Positions 19,177 through 27,987 of a stretch of DNA of 64,000 bases are shown one piece after another (the stretch's first letter is position 1; each line of letters opens with the position of its first letter). The notes beneath the pieces were generated by a model. That model was not told where the DNA came from, made no database searches, and saw nothing but the letters and a program-made list of their open reading frames with translations. This stretch comes from Deltaproteobacteria bacterium. Lineage in GTDB: Bacteria > Myxococcota_A > UBA9160 > SMWR01. The translations under genes and the position numbers were made by a program. Location of the stretch: NCBI GenBank assembly GCA_032128115.1, contig JAQBHB010000093.1:128001-192000 (forward strand). Reading direction: 5' to 3'.

Positions 19177-20567
19177 CCCAGATCCCGCAGGCCCTGCTTC
19201 TCGGCTTCGGAAAGGGGAACCTGCTCGGTTCCGGGCGTCGCGCGCCGGGCCAGGTCTTCCCGGGTGCGGTGAAGGGCGCTGGAAAGGGCGGCGACCGCGC
19301 CGGCATCCGTGCTCGGGCTGCTCTCGCCGGGATCCAGGTCCAGGTCGTAGACCAGATGCCGCCCTGCCGGGTCCACCAGGAGCTTGGTGCGGCCCCGCAC
19401 CAGCCCCAGCTGGTGCCCGCGCGTGTCCGCGCCCTCGTGCTTGTCGCCGAGCTCAAGCACCACATCGGGCGGCGCGTCGTCGTCGCGATCCGAAGTCCCG
19501 CGGCGGAATGGGCCGGGCGGGTACAGCATCGGCACCAGCGAGCGCCCCTCGAAGCGCTGCTCGCCGACGATGCCCAACAGCTCGACCAGGGTCGGGGCCA
19601 GGTCGAGAAGCGACACCGGCTGTTCGATCACGCGCCCACCCAAGGTGCCCGGGGCCAGGATCAGCAGGGGCACGCGCACCGACTCCTCGTACAGGGTAAA
19701 GCCGTGGAGGATGCGTCCGTGCTCCCGAAACTCCTCGCCGTGATCGGCGGTCAGAACCACGATCGCGTCGTCCAGGAAGCCCCGGCGCGTGAGCTCCGCG
19801 AACAGACGCTCGAGCTCAGCGTCCAGGTAGGCCACTTCCCCGTCGTAGAGCGCCTCGAGTACTTCGATCTCGGAGTCATCCAGGCTGTCGAGTGCCAGCT
19901 GCATGAGCTTGTCGTTGGCGGACTTTTCCAGGGCGCCGCCCGGGTCCTCACGCTGGAAGCGGCGCCGAAACGCCTGGGGCGGATCGTAGGGTGTGTGGGT
20001 GTCCATGAACTGGAGATAGAGGAAGACGCGCTTCGGATTCGCCGGGTCCCAGCCCGAGTCGAGCCACTGGAGGCTCCGCTGACTCAGGAATCCCGCCCGC
20101 ACGGGGGCCTTGCGATAGGGCGGCACGAACGCGCCCACGAAGAACTGCCAGATGTCGAAGCCCTGGGCGTAACCGAGTTTCTCCGTGAGCCGGTTGTTGG
20201 CGGAAAATCCGGCGGTGACGAAACCCGCGCCCTTGAGGGCCTCGGCCAGGGTGGCCTCGTCCGAGCCCATCTTCGAGGCGAAGCTCGACACCTGATGCTG
20301 GGACGGATATCGGGAGGTGAAGAGCGAAGCCACCGAGGGACACGTCCAGGAGCTCGGTGCGTAGGCGTGGGCGAATACGCTGCCCCTTGCGGCCAGGGAA
20401 TCCAGGAACGGGGTGAGGCCGCGCGACGACCCGTAGGCGCCCAGACGATCGGCGCGCAGGGTGTCGGCCACGACCAGCAGAACGCGTTCCGCGGGCGCGG
20501 GCGGGCCTCCTCCACATCCTCCGAGCGCCAGGACCGAAGCCAGCAGCAGGCCGCTCGCACGCGTCAT
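19161..20567 (-). CDS. Sulfatase-like alkaline-phosphatase-superfamily lipoprotein (Thr at nucleophile position)
   Basis: LGGC lipobox, DTLRADRL, SWTCPSVAS, DTHTPY, YDGEV, ADHGE. Confidence 0.8.
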   Translation of the reverse strand: MTRASGLLLASVLALGGCGGGPPAPAERVLLVVADTLRADRLGAYGSSRGLTPFLDSLAARGSVFAHAYAPSSWTCPSVASLFTSRYPSQHQVSSFASKMGSDEATLAEALKGAGFVTAGFSANNRLTEKLGYAQGFDIWQFFVGAFVPPYRKAPVRAGFLSQRSLQWLDSGWDPANPKRVFLYLQFMDTHTPYDPPQAFRRRFQREDPGGALEKSANDKLMQLALDSLDDSEIEVLEALYDGEVAYLDAELERLFAELTRRGFLDDAIVVLTADHGEEFREHGRILHGFTLYEESVRVPLLILAPGTLGGRVIEQPVSLLDLAPTLVELLGIVGEQRFEGRSLVPMLYPPGPFRRGTSDRDDDAPPDVVLELGDKHEGADTRGHQLGLVRGRTKLLVDPAGRHLVYDLDLDPGESSPSTDAGAVAALSSALHRTREDLARRATPGTEQVPLSEAEKQGLRDLGYGAD

Positions 20568-20582
20568 CGCCGGGGGAGCCTA

Positions 20583-21185
20583 TCAGCGAATCGGCGCCAG
20601 TGCGTCGATCACCAACTGGGGGTCGAGCCAGAAATGGTAATCCTCGCGCACGTCCACGAAGCGAACGATGCCGTCGCGATCCAGGACGTAGGTGGCCGGG
20701 TGGGGAACGCCTTCTTCCATGGATTCGCCGCCCGAAAGGCGCAGGGCCAGGCTGTCGATGGCCTCGCTTCGGGGATCCGCCACGAAACGAATGCGATCGC
20801 GCAGGCCGTTCTCGTCGACGAAGCGCCGGGTCTTCTCATTGACCTGGTTGTCCGCCAACACGTAGACGATCTCCACGTCGTCCATGCCGTCGAACGCCTG
20901 CCGCAGCTCCACGAGCCGCGCCTTGGTGAAGGGTCACCAATCGACGCTTCGCTCGAATGTGAGCACGACCCGGTGGCCTCGCAGATCCGCCAGTCGCAGG
21001 CTGGAGCCGTCGTCCAGGTCGACGAAGCGAAGCTCCGGCAGTCGCTGTCCCTCGCTCCCCACGGCGCCCTCGACGTCGGCGCGCACGCGGTTCTCGGGTC
21101 CACGCCGGCCCAGGTCGAGCCTCGGCAGCCACAAGTCCAGGCCCAGCAGCACCACGATGGCGACGCTTGCGAAAGCGCGCAGCAT
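20583..21185 (-). CDS. AhpC/TSA-redoxin family protein, probable selenoprotein (in-frame UGA at 20934-20936, DWUPFT)
   Basis: Two in-frame ORF-track fragments join across one TGA at the WCPxC active-site position; downstream HPATYVLDRDGIVRF; SECIS-like hairpin follows. Confidence 0.8.
20902..20936 (-). other. Putative bacterial SECIS element
   Basis: mRNA UGA-cccuucaccaagg-CGCGGCUC-GUG-GAGCUGCG: 8-bp stem with one G-U pair and a G-initiated loop 21 nt after the UGA. Confidence 0.6.
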
Positions 21186-21601
21186 CAGGCGCCGGAGCTC
21201 GCCGCGCGCGGCGGTCGCAACCACACGAACGCCAGCGCCAGCAGCAGGAACAGGGCGGCCTCGACGCGCAGAAGCTCGCCGGGCCACGTGTAGTAGTCCC
21301 CGGTGATCCAGGCCATCATGCGGTAGAAGGCCGACAATACCAGCGCCAGGGCCGTGGCGGTTCCCACGCCGCGGGCCGCGAGCGGCTCGCGCGCGGACGC
21401 AAACAGCGCGCCGCCCCAACCCAGGGACGCGCAGCCGGCGAACGCGGCAAAGTAATGGCCGGTGGGACCGGTGGGCAATCGCGGGTTGCTGTCCGGCATG
21501 TGGTAGACGAAGAAGCTCGCAAACAGCGCGAGTCCGGCCGCGATCAGGAGCGTACCCACGGCTCCACAAAGCAGGCGGTAGGCGTTCAACACGCCTCCCA
21601 T
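21185..21601 (-). CDS. Small integral membrane protein (about 4 TM), unknown function
   Basis: Four hydrophobic segments; its stop overlaps the redoxin ATG (TGATG); start may be TTG near 21589. Confidence 0.65.
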   Translation of the reverse strand: MGGVLNAYRLLCGAVGTLLIAAGLALFASFFVYHMPDSNPRLPTGPTGHYFAAFAGCASLGWGGALFASAREPLAARGVGTATALALVLSAFYRMMAWITGDYYTWPGELLRVEAALFLLLALAFVWLRPPRAASSGA

Positions 21602-21603
21602 AT

Positions 21604-21682
21604 AGCAGGGCTGGGCTGAGGAAAGCAGGGCCGGGCTCGGGAAGCAGGGCTGGGCTCGGAACAGCAGGGCTGGGCTCGGGAC
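21604..21682. repeat. 4 x 19-20-bp tandem repeat in divergent intergenic region
   Basis: AGCAGGGC(T/C)GGGCT(C/G)(G/A)G.. repeated four times. Confidence 0.85.
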
Positions 21683-21694
21683 GGGAGGGCCTGC

Positions 21695-23389
21695 GTGGCC
21701 ACGAAGCAAAAACGGGCCCTGGCGCTCGCGGGAATCGCATCGACATTGCTGCTGCTGTGGTGGATTTGCCCCAGGCCCGACCGTGTGCTGTTCGTGGGCG
21801 GCCCGATCCTGACGATCGACGCGTCCGATCGGGTCGTTGCGGCGCTGCTGGTGGTCGGCGAGCGTATCGCCGCCGTGGGCGACGAGCCAAGCGTGCGCGC
21901 CGCCGCGGGTCCAGGCGCACGCGTCGTCGACCTGGAAGGCCGGGCGCTGCTTCCCGGCTTCATCGACGCCCACGGCCATTTCCCCGGCGCCGGCCTGTTC
22001 GCCGTGGTCGCGAACCTCAACAGTCCGCCCATCGGCGACGTAGAGAACCTGTCCGACCTGGTGGAGAAGCTCCGGGACCGAGCCGCCCAGGTGGGGCCCG
22101 AAGACTGGGTGGTGGGGACCGGGTACGACGACACCCTGCTGGCCGAAGGCCGCCACCCGACGCGCCGCGATCTCGATGCCGTGTCGCGTGAGCATCCAAT
22201 CGCGGCCTGGCACATCTCGGGCCACGTGGCGGTCGTGAACTCGCTGGCGCTCGAAATCCTGGGGGTCGACGCGTCGACGCCGGATCCCGAGGGCGGACAG
22301 CTGGGGCGCGACGCCGACGGCGAGCCCAACGGGATTCTCGAGGAGAGGGCCACCGAGGCCATCGGACTGGAAACGCTCGAGCCCTCGCTGCTCGACTCAT
22401 GGCGCATCGTTCGGCTCGCGAGCCGGCTCTACCTGGAAAACGGGGTTACCACCGCCCAGAACGGCTACGCGAGTGTGGCCCACATGCGGGGCCTGGCGCT
22501 GCTGGTACGTCTGGGGCTGCTGCCGTTGCGGATCGTGGTCTGGCCCGGCGACGGGGTCGCCGACCCGTTGCTTGCGGGCGAGGTCGACTTCGAATCCCCC
22601 GACCCGTTGTGGCTGCGGCGCGGTGCGGTGAAGCTGATCGCAGACGGCTCGATCCAGGCCTACACCGGCTACCTGAGTCGGCCGTATCACGTGCCCCCGG
22701 GAGACGATCCGGAATACCGGGGCTACCCCCGCATTCCTCGCGATACGCTGATCCGGCGCGTGCTGCGCTATCACCGCCAGGGTCTGCAGGTCGCGGTTCA
22801 CGGCAACGGCGACGCGTCCATCGACGACATCCTGGACGCCTTCGAAGCCGCCCAGGCCGCCCATCCCCGGGACGACGCGCGCCACGTGGTCGTCCACGCC
22901 CAGATGGCGCGCGACGACCAGCTGGATCGCATGGCGGCGCTGGGGGTGATCCCGAGCTTCTTCAGCCTCCACACCTTCTATTGGGGGGATCGTCATCGGG
23001 ACGTGTTCATGGGCCCCGAGCGCGCTGCCCGCATGAGTCCGGCTCGCAGCGCGGCCGACCGGAATCTTCGCTTCACCCTCCACGCGGACTCGCCGGTGGT
23101 GCCGCTGGAACCGCTGCGGCTGCTGGGAGCCGCGGTGAACCGACGTACCCGCAGCGGTGCCGTCATCGGCGCCGACCAGCGTATCGACGTGGCTCGGGCC
23201 CTGCGAGCGCTGACCATCGACGCCGCCCACCAGCACTTCGAGGAGAACGACAAGGGATCCCTCGAGCCCGGCAAGCTGGCGGACCTGGTGATCCTGGATC
23301 GTTCGCCACTGGACGACCCGGAGCATGTCGACGCGATCCGGGTGTGGGAGACGATCGTGGGCGGGGAGACGGTCTACCGGAGGGAGTAG
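21695..23389 (+). CDS. Amidohydrolase-3 (YtcJ-like) metal-dependent hydrolase with N-terminal anchor
   Basis: PGFIDAHGH, KLIADGS, VHGNGD, HAQ, HADSP, GSLEPGKLADLV. Confidence 0.85.
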   Translation: MATKQKRALALAGIASTLLLLWWICPRPDRVLFVGGPILTIDASDRVVAALLVVGERIAAVGDEPSVRAAAGPGARVVDLEGRALLPGFIDAHGHFPGAGLFAVVANLNSPPIGDVENLSDLVEKLRDRAAQVGPEDWVVGTGYDDTLLAEGRHPTRRDLDAVSREHPIAAWHISGHVAVVNSLALEILGVDASTPDPEGGQLGRDADGEPNGILEERATEAIGLETLEPSLLDSWRIVRLASRLYLENGVTTAQNGYASVAHMRGLALLVRLGLLPLRIVVWPGDGVADPLLAGEVDFESPDPLWLRRGAVKLIADGSIQAYTGYLSRPYHVPPGDDPEYRGYPRIPRDTLIRRVLRYHRQGLQVAVHGNGDASIDDILDAFEAAQAAHPRDDARHVVVHAQMARDDQLDRMAALGVIPSFFSLHTFYWGDRHRDVFMGPERAARMSPARSAADRNLRFTLHADSPVVPLEPLRLLGAAVNRRTRSGAVIGADQRIDVARALRALTIDAAHQHFEENDKGSLEPGKLADLVILDRSPLDDPEHVDAIRVWETIVGGETVYRRE

Positions 23390-23393
23390 CTGC

Positions 23394-24470
23394 TCAATCG
23401 TGGGCCACCCGGCGCAGCAGCCCCAGCTGATCCAGGCAGCGCCCGCAGCCAATGATGACCGAACGCAGCGGATCCTCGGCGCGCGTGACGGGAAGCCCGG
23501 TCTCCCGTTCCAGGAGTCCATCCAGATCGCGCAGCAGGGCGCCACCGCCGGTGAGCACGATGCCCGTCTCGGTGATGTCGGAGGCCAGCTCGGGCGGGGT
23601 CCGCTCGAGAACGTTCCGGACGGCCTCGACGATGGCGCCCACCGGCTCCGCCAGGCATTCGTAGGTGTCGGCCGACGTCACCTGGATCGCTCTGGGTACG
23701 CCGGCCACCAGATCGCGGCCCTTGACGACCATCGGGCGTGCGTGGTCGGATGGAAGCGCGCTGCCGATCTCGAGCTTGATCAGCTCGGCGGTCGGTTCTC
23801 CGATCAGGAGATTCCTCTTGCGCTTCAGATATTGGACGATGGCCGCGTCCATCCGGTTGCCCCCAACGCGGATGCTACTCGCCACCACCACCCCAGCCAT
23901 CGAAATGACTGCGACCTGGGTGGTTCCGCCGCCGATGTCGACGATCAGGTGACCGGTGGGTTCATCCACCGGCAGACCCGCGCCGATGGCCGCGGCCATC
24001 GCCTCTTCAATCATGTAGACCTCGCGCGCGCCCGCAGAGATCGCGGACTCCCGCACGGCGCGACGCTCCACTTCCGTGATCCCGGACGGCACGGCCACCA
24101 GGATGCGGGGGCCCACCCACGAGGCGCTCGGCTGTGCTGTGCGGATTGCATGGCGCAGCATGGCCTCGGCCGTGGAAAAATCGGCGATCACGCCATCGTG
24201 GAGGGGACGGATCGCGGCGATGAATCCGGGGGTGCGCCCAAGCATGCGCTTGGCCTCGGCGCCTACCGCGAGCAGACGCGAATCGGCGACACGGACCGCC
24301 ACCACCGAGGGCTCGTTGAACACCACGCCCTTGCCTCGGACGAACACCAGCGTGTTGGCGGTGCCCAGATCGATGGCCAGGTCCGCGGCGAACCGATTCA
24401 AGAACTGGTGGGTGAACCGGCGTCCGGCGAACCGAGCGCGATCGAGCCAGGCGGCGGGGGGCTGCTGCAT
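23394..24470 (-). CDS. mreB: Rod shape-determining protein MreB (probable paralogue)
   Basis: AIDLGTANT, NEPSVVA, VPSGITEVERRAV, VDIGGGTT, LTGGGALL. Confidence 0.9.
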   Translation of the reverse strand: MQQPPAAWLDRARFAGRRFTHQFLNRFAADLAIDLGTANTLVFVRGKGVVFNEPSVVAVRVADSRLLAVGAEAKRMLGRTPGFIAAIRPLHDGVIADFSTAEAMLRHAIRTAQPSASWVGPRILVAVPSGITEVERRAVRESAISAGAREVYMIEEAMAAAIGAGLPVDEPTGHLIVDIGGGTTQVAVISMAGVVVASSIRVGGNRMDAAIVQYLKRKRNLLIGEPTAELIKLEIGSALPSDHARPMVVKGRDLVAGVPRAIQVTSADTYECLAEPVGAIVEAVRNVLERTPPELASDITETGIVLTGGGALLRDLDGLLERETGLPVTRAEDPLRSVIIGCGRCLDQLGLLRRVAHD

Positions 24471-24563
24471 CCGATCTCTCTTCGGCCTCGTTCCGACGAC
24501 GAAACGCCAGCAGCCTGCCATCCGACGAACCACCGTTTATGTGATCCCGGACACACAGGGCCG

Positions 24564-24583
24564 TGAAAACATCAATGTTTTCA
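24564..24583. promoter_or_regulatory. AT-rich perfect palindrome upstream of mreB, candidate operator
   Basis: TGAAAACAT-CA-ATGTTTTCA (9-bp inverted repeat) in a high-GC background. Confidence 0.5.
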
Positions 24584-24616
24584 ATGTTGTGCGGAGTTCG
24601 GCTCATATGAGCCGGC

Positions 24617-27600
24617 TTACCACGCGAGGCGGATTCCGATCGCGAGCGACTGCTCGAACAGGTCCGAGTTCACGGCTGCCGTGTAGTCGGCGAACACCTG
24701 CAGATTCTCCTGGGTGATCACCGACCACGCCAGGCCGATCACGCCCACGTCGCGGGGAACCCGGGCGCCCACGACCGTGAAAGGGTTGCCGGGCGGAGGC
24801 GTCGTGTCCCCGCTGAAGGTGGTGGTGACCTGACGCGCACGGTCGCCGAACTCGTGGCTCCAGAGTCCCCGCAGCTCGGTGGTCATCACCGCGCCACCTT
24901 CCAGCTGAAGAGCGCCGTGCAGTCGCGCGCCCACGGCCCCCGCCAGGGAATCCAGGTTCTCGTCGCTCACGTTCAGGTTCAGGCCGTTCATCGAGCCGGT
25001 CTCGGTGTAGGAGTCCCGTTCCAGGTGGGCGTAGTCGAAGTAGGCGAGGGGTGCGACGGCCACACCCGCCAGGTTCCAGAGGTTGACCGAGGCATCCAGG
25101 CGGCCGCCGGCGTCCCAGCCATTGAAGTCGGCGGTCATGCGGTCGTCGATGGCGCCGAAGGCGACCCGGCGCGTGCTGTCCATGTCCTGGTAGGCGTAGC
25201 GCCCGGAGAGTCCAAGCTGGTAGCGCGGCGTCACCCAGCCGCCGTAGAGGCCGCCCTGGTAGGTGTTCGCGCTCCCCGAGCCGCTGCGCGAGTCGAAGCC
25301 GAGATCGGTTCGCGCGTAACCGAAGGCTCCGCCAAGCACGGCGTGGTTTGCGAAACGCCGGTCGAAACCCAGCGAGGTGCCCCCGATGGTGTATTCCAGG
25401 TCGCTGGTATTGCCGTCCCCGTCCAGGTCTCCCCGGATGCCGTAGCCGTCGATCCAGGCGCCGGGACCCGGGGTCCATACGTCGCTGGCGGGGCCGGCCA
25501 GCGCCAGCGCGGCCGACGCGGGCAGGGCGAGGGCGGGTGCTGCGGGCAGCAGGGGGCTGCGATCGCCCGATGCGCGCACGGCAGTCGACCACACGGCCTC
25601 CACGTCCCGGCCCGCAAGGCCCCGCATGCGCGAGTGCACGCCGCGCTCGAATCGATCGCGGATGGCCAGGCGCGTGGTGGCGAACTCGGTCAGCGTCTCG
25701 CCGCCCAGGTCGTCCAGGGCCTGGAGCACCCCGTCGGTGGTCAGGACATTCAGGCTTTCGAGCACGGAGTCGAGCCCGCTCGAAGCCTCCAGGGCCGCGG
25801 CCACCGAGTTCTGGTTGGGGGTCTGGGCGATGTCGGAAAGCGTCAGTCCGTTGGACTCGATGGTGAGGTTCACCTCGCTCGGACTGGCACAGAACTGGTC
25901 CAGCGAGGTGGTCAGGAACGCGAAGCTGGGCGTGAGGAAGTCGAAGGTGCCGGTTACGGCAGCTGCGGGAACAAGCAAGACAGTCGCGGTGACGGGGGCG
26001 GTATAGGTGCCGGGTTTGGGAACCACGTTTACCGAGGCGCCGGGATTGATGCTGGTGTTGAGGGTCCTCAGCAAGTCCGCGTTTCCCAGCTCGTCCACCT
26101 CCACCTCGAACACCGAGCCGGACTCGAAGACCACGGCGCCCACATCCAGCGTCCCAATCGGGTTTCCCGGAGCCGGGTTTCCCGGAGCCACGGTGCCCTG
26201 GACGGTTACCGTACCCGCCACCGTGCCCGTTCCGCCCAGGGTGGCGCCGGCTGCGACGGTGACGTCGCTGGTGAGTCCCTTCACGTCCAGGCGGCCGGCC
26301 GACACGGTGGTGTCGCCGGTGTAGGTCTGCGGGACGCCGAAGGCCAGGCGCCCGGCGCCGGTCTTCTCGAAGGTTCCGCCGCCGCTGATGATGTTTGCGT
26401 AGGTGTCATCGCTCGCCTGGTCGAAGATCAGGGCGCCGCCGTTGGCGATGTCGCCCGGGATGCTGTCCGCGTTGCCGCGCAGGGTGCCTGCGCCGATGGT
26501 CGTGCCGCCCGTGTAGCTGTTGGTGCCGTTCATCGTCAGCTGGAAGCTGCCGGTCTTGACGACGCTTCCGCTGCCGCTGAGGTCGCCCGAGTAGGTGCCG
26601 TTCGCGGTGTCCTGATCGAACTCGACGACGGCGTCGTTGACGATGTCGCCCTGCAGGCTCGCGGTATCTCCCATCAGGGTGCCCGCCGTGACGGTGGTGC
26701 CGCCGCTGTAGGTGTTGGTGCCCGTGAGGATCAGGGTCGCGATTCCGCGCTTCTCGAGTGCACCGGCGCCGGTGATGTTGCCCGTGTGGGTGCCGTTCGT
26801 CGGGTCCTGGTCGAACACCATCACGGCGCCCGAGGAGATGCTCACGGCACCCGGGATGCTGTCCGTATCGCCCACCAGGGTGCCCGCCGCCACCAGCGTG
26901 CCGCCCGTGTAGGTATTGGTGCCGTCCATCTCCAGCTCGAAAGTGCCACTCTTGATCACCCCGCCCACACCACTGATGGCTCCGGAATACACACCGTCCA
27001 TCACCGAGTCGTCCTGGAAGAACTCGAGGACGGAATTGTTCACGATGTTGCCCTGGAGGCTCACGTGGTTTCCCGTCAGGACTCCTGCCGTGATGGTGGT
27101 GCCGCCGGTGTAGGTGTTGGCGCCGGTCAGCTGGAGGGTGCCGGCGCCGAGCTTCTGGAGTGCACCGTCGCCCTCGAGGAGATCGGCGAAGACCGAGACC
27201 AGGGGAACGTCGAAGCTGACCTGGCTGCCGACCCCGATCCCGATGTCGCCGTTGCTGAGGAGCAGATCCACCACCGAAGTCACCCCGACGGTCACGGCAA
27301 ACAGATCCATGCCGTCGCCTTCGAGAATCAGGTTGTCGGCAGTGGCGCCGTTGATTCGCAGGGTCCGGGTGATGTCGGGCAGGGGCGTGAGCAGGGTGAT
27401 GGTGTCCGGCCCCGGTGAAGGCGCGGGCCCGGGGCCCGCCAGGCGGAACACGATGTCGTTGCTGACGTCGGCCGACGCGTTGGCGTCGAGAACGGCCTGA
27501 CGCAGGGAGCCGGGGCCGGAATTGCCGGTGTTCGTCACCTGAAAGCTTGCGGCGCGGGCGGTGCCGACCGGAACCGGACAGAGCGCCAGGACGGCTGCCA

Positions 27601-27691
27601 GGCTCAGCAGGCGGGTGGAGTGGGAGGACACGGGAGTGGGCAGCAACCGAGGGTGATCAAACAGGGTTTGGTCAAACTGCCACGTTGCCAT
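24617..27691 (-). CDS. Autotransporter with passenger-associated (PATR) beta-strand repeats
   Basis: Signal peptide; repeated K.G.G.L.L.G.NTY.GGT.V.AGTL; C-terminal beta-barrel ending in W; start may be GTG 27631. Confidence 0.9.
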   Translation of the reverse strand: MATWQFDQTLFDHPRLLPTPVSSHSTRLLSLAAVLALCPVPVGTARAASFQVTNTGNSGPGSLRQAVLDANASADVSNDIVFRLAGPGPAPSPGPDTITLLTPLPDITRTLRINGATADNLILEGDGMDLFAVTVGVTSVVDLLLSNGDIGIGVGSQVSFDVPLVSVFADLLEGDGALQKLGAGTLQLTGANTYTGGTTITAGVLTGNHVSLQGNIVNNSVLEFFQDDSVMDGVYSGAISGVGGVIKSGTFELEMDGTNTYTGGTLVAAGTLVGDTDSIPGAVSISSGAVMVFDQDPTNGTHTGNITGAGALEKRGIATLILTGTNTYSGGTTVTAGTLMGDTASLQGDIVNDAVVEFDQDTANGTYSGDLSGSGSVVKTGSFQLTMNGTNSYTGGTTIGAGTLRGNADSIPGDIANGGALIFDQASDDTYANIISGGGTFEKTGAGRLAFGVPQTYTGDTTVSAGRLDVKGLTSDVTVAAGATLGGTGTVAGTVTVQGTVAPGNPAPGNPIGTLDVGAVVFESGSVFEVEVDELGNADLLRTLNTSINPGASVNVVPKPGTYTAPVTATVLLVPAAAVTGTFDFLTPSFAFLTTSLDQFCASPSEVNLTIESNGLTLSDIAQTPNQNSVAAALEASSGLDSVLESLNVLTTDGVLQALDDLGGETLTEFATTRLAIRDRFERGVHSRMRGLAGRDVEAVWSTAVRASGDRSPLLPAAPALALPASAALALAGPASDVWTPGPGAWIDGYGIRGDLDGDGNTSDLEYTIGGTSLGFDRRFANHAVLGGAFGYARTDLGFDSRSGSGSANTYQGGLYGGWVTPRYQLGLSGRYAYQDMDSTRRVAFGAIDDRMTADFNGWDAGGRLDASVNLWNLAGVAVAPLAYFDYAHLERDSYTETGSMNGLNLNVSDENLDSLAGAVGARLHGALQLEGGAVMTTELRGLWSHEFGDRARQVTTTFSGDTTPPPGNPFTVVGARVPRDVGVIGLAWSVITQENLQVFADYTAAVNSDLFEQSLAIGIRLAW

Positions 27692-27808
27692 GCGCAGATG
27701 CAAGTCCGGCTTTCCCGGGATTGCCTGCAGATCGTTGCGCGTGGGTTGCGCATCGGGAGAAAACCCTCGCCCCGGGCAACGCCTGGGCAGAACCCTCCGA
27801 AACGTCCG

Positions 27809-27826
27809 ACAAACAGTATTGTTTGT
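27809..27826. promoter_or_regulatory. Palindrome in divergent promoter region, candidate operator
   Basis: ACAAACA-GTAT-TGTTTGT. Confidence 0.4.
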
Positions 27827-27987
27827 GACATCTGGAGGATCGGGCATGGGTGCCGGTTCCAGCGCACGCCTTGCGGCGGCGGGGGAACCAGGCGCAGACT
27901 GGCGCGGTCCGGGGAAGGCTTTCGGGGGGAGGCGTCATCCCGGCTCGATCAGACACTCGGCGTTTCGCGATCTGGGGCGCCCGCCCG

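Noticed and set aside
20583..21185. Redoxin as a nonsense pseudogene or two separate ORFs
   Set aside because: The stop is UGA exactly at the catalytic position, is followed by a SECIS-like hairpin, and both halves are intact; Sec read-through is more parsimonious
26300..27180. Internal DNA repeats in the autotransporter as a DGR or other repeat system
   Set aside because: Ordinary degenerate PATR protein repeats; no reverse transcriptase and no adenine-specific template/variable pair seen
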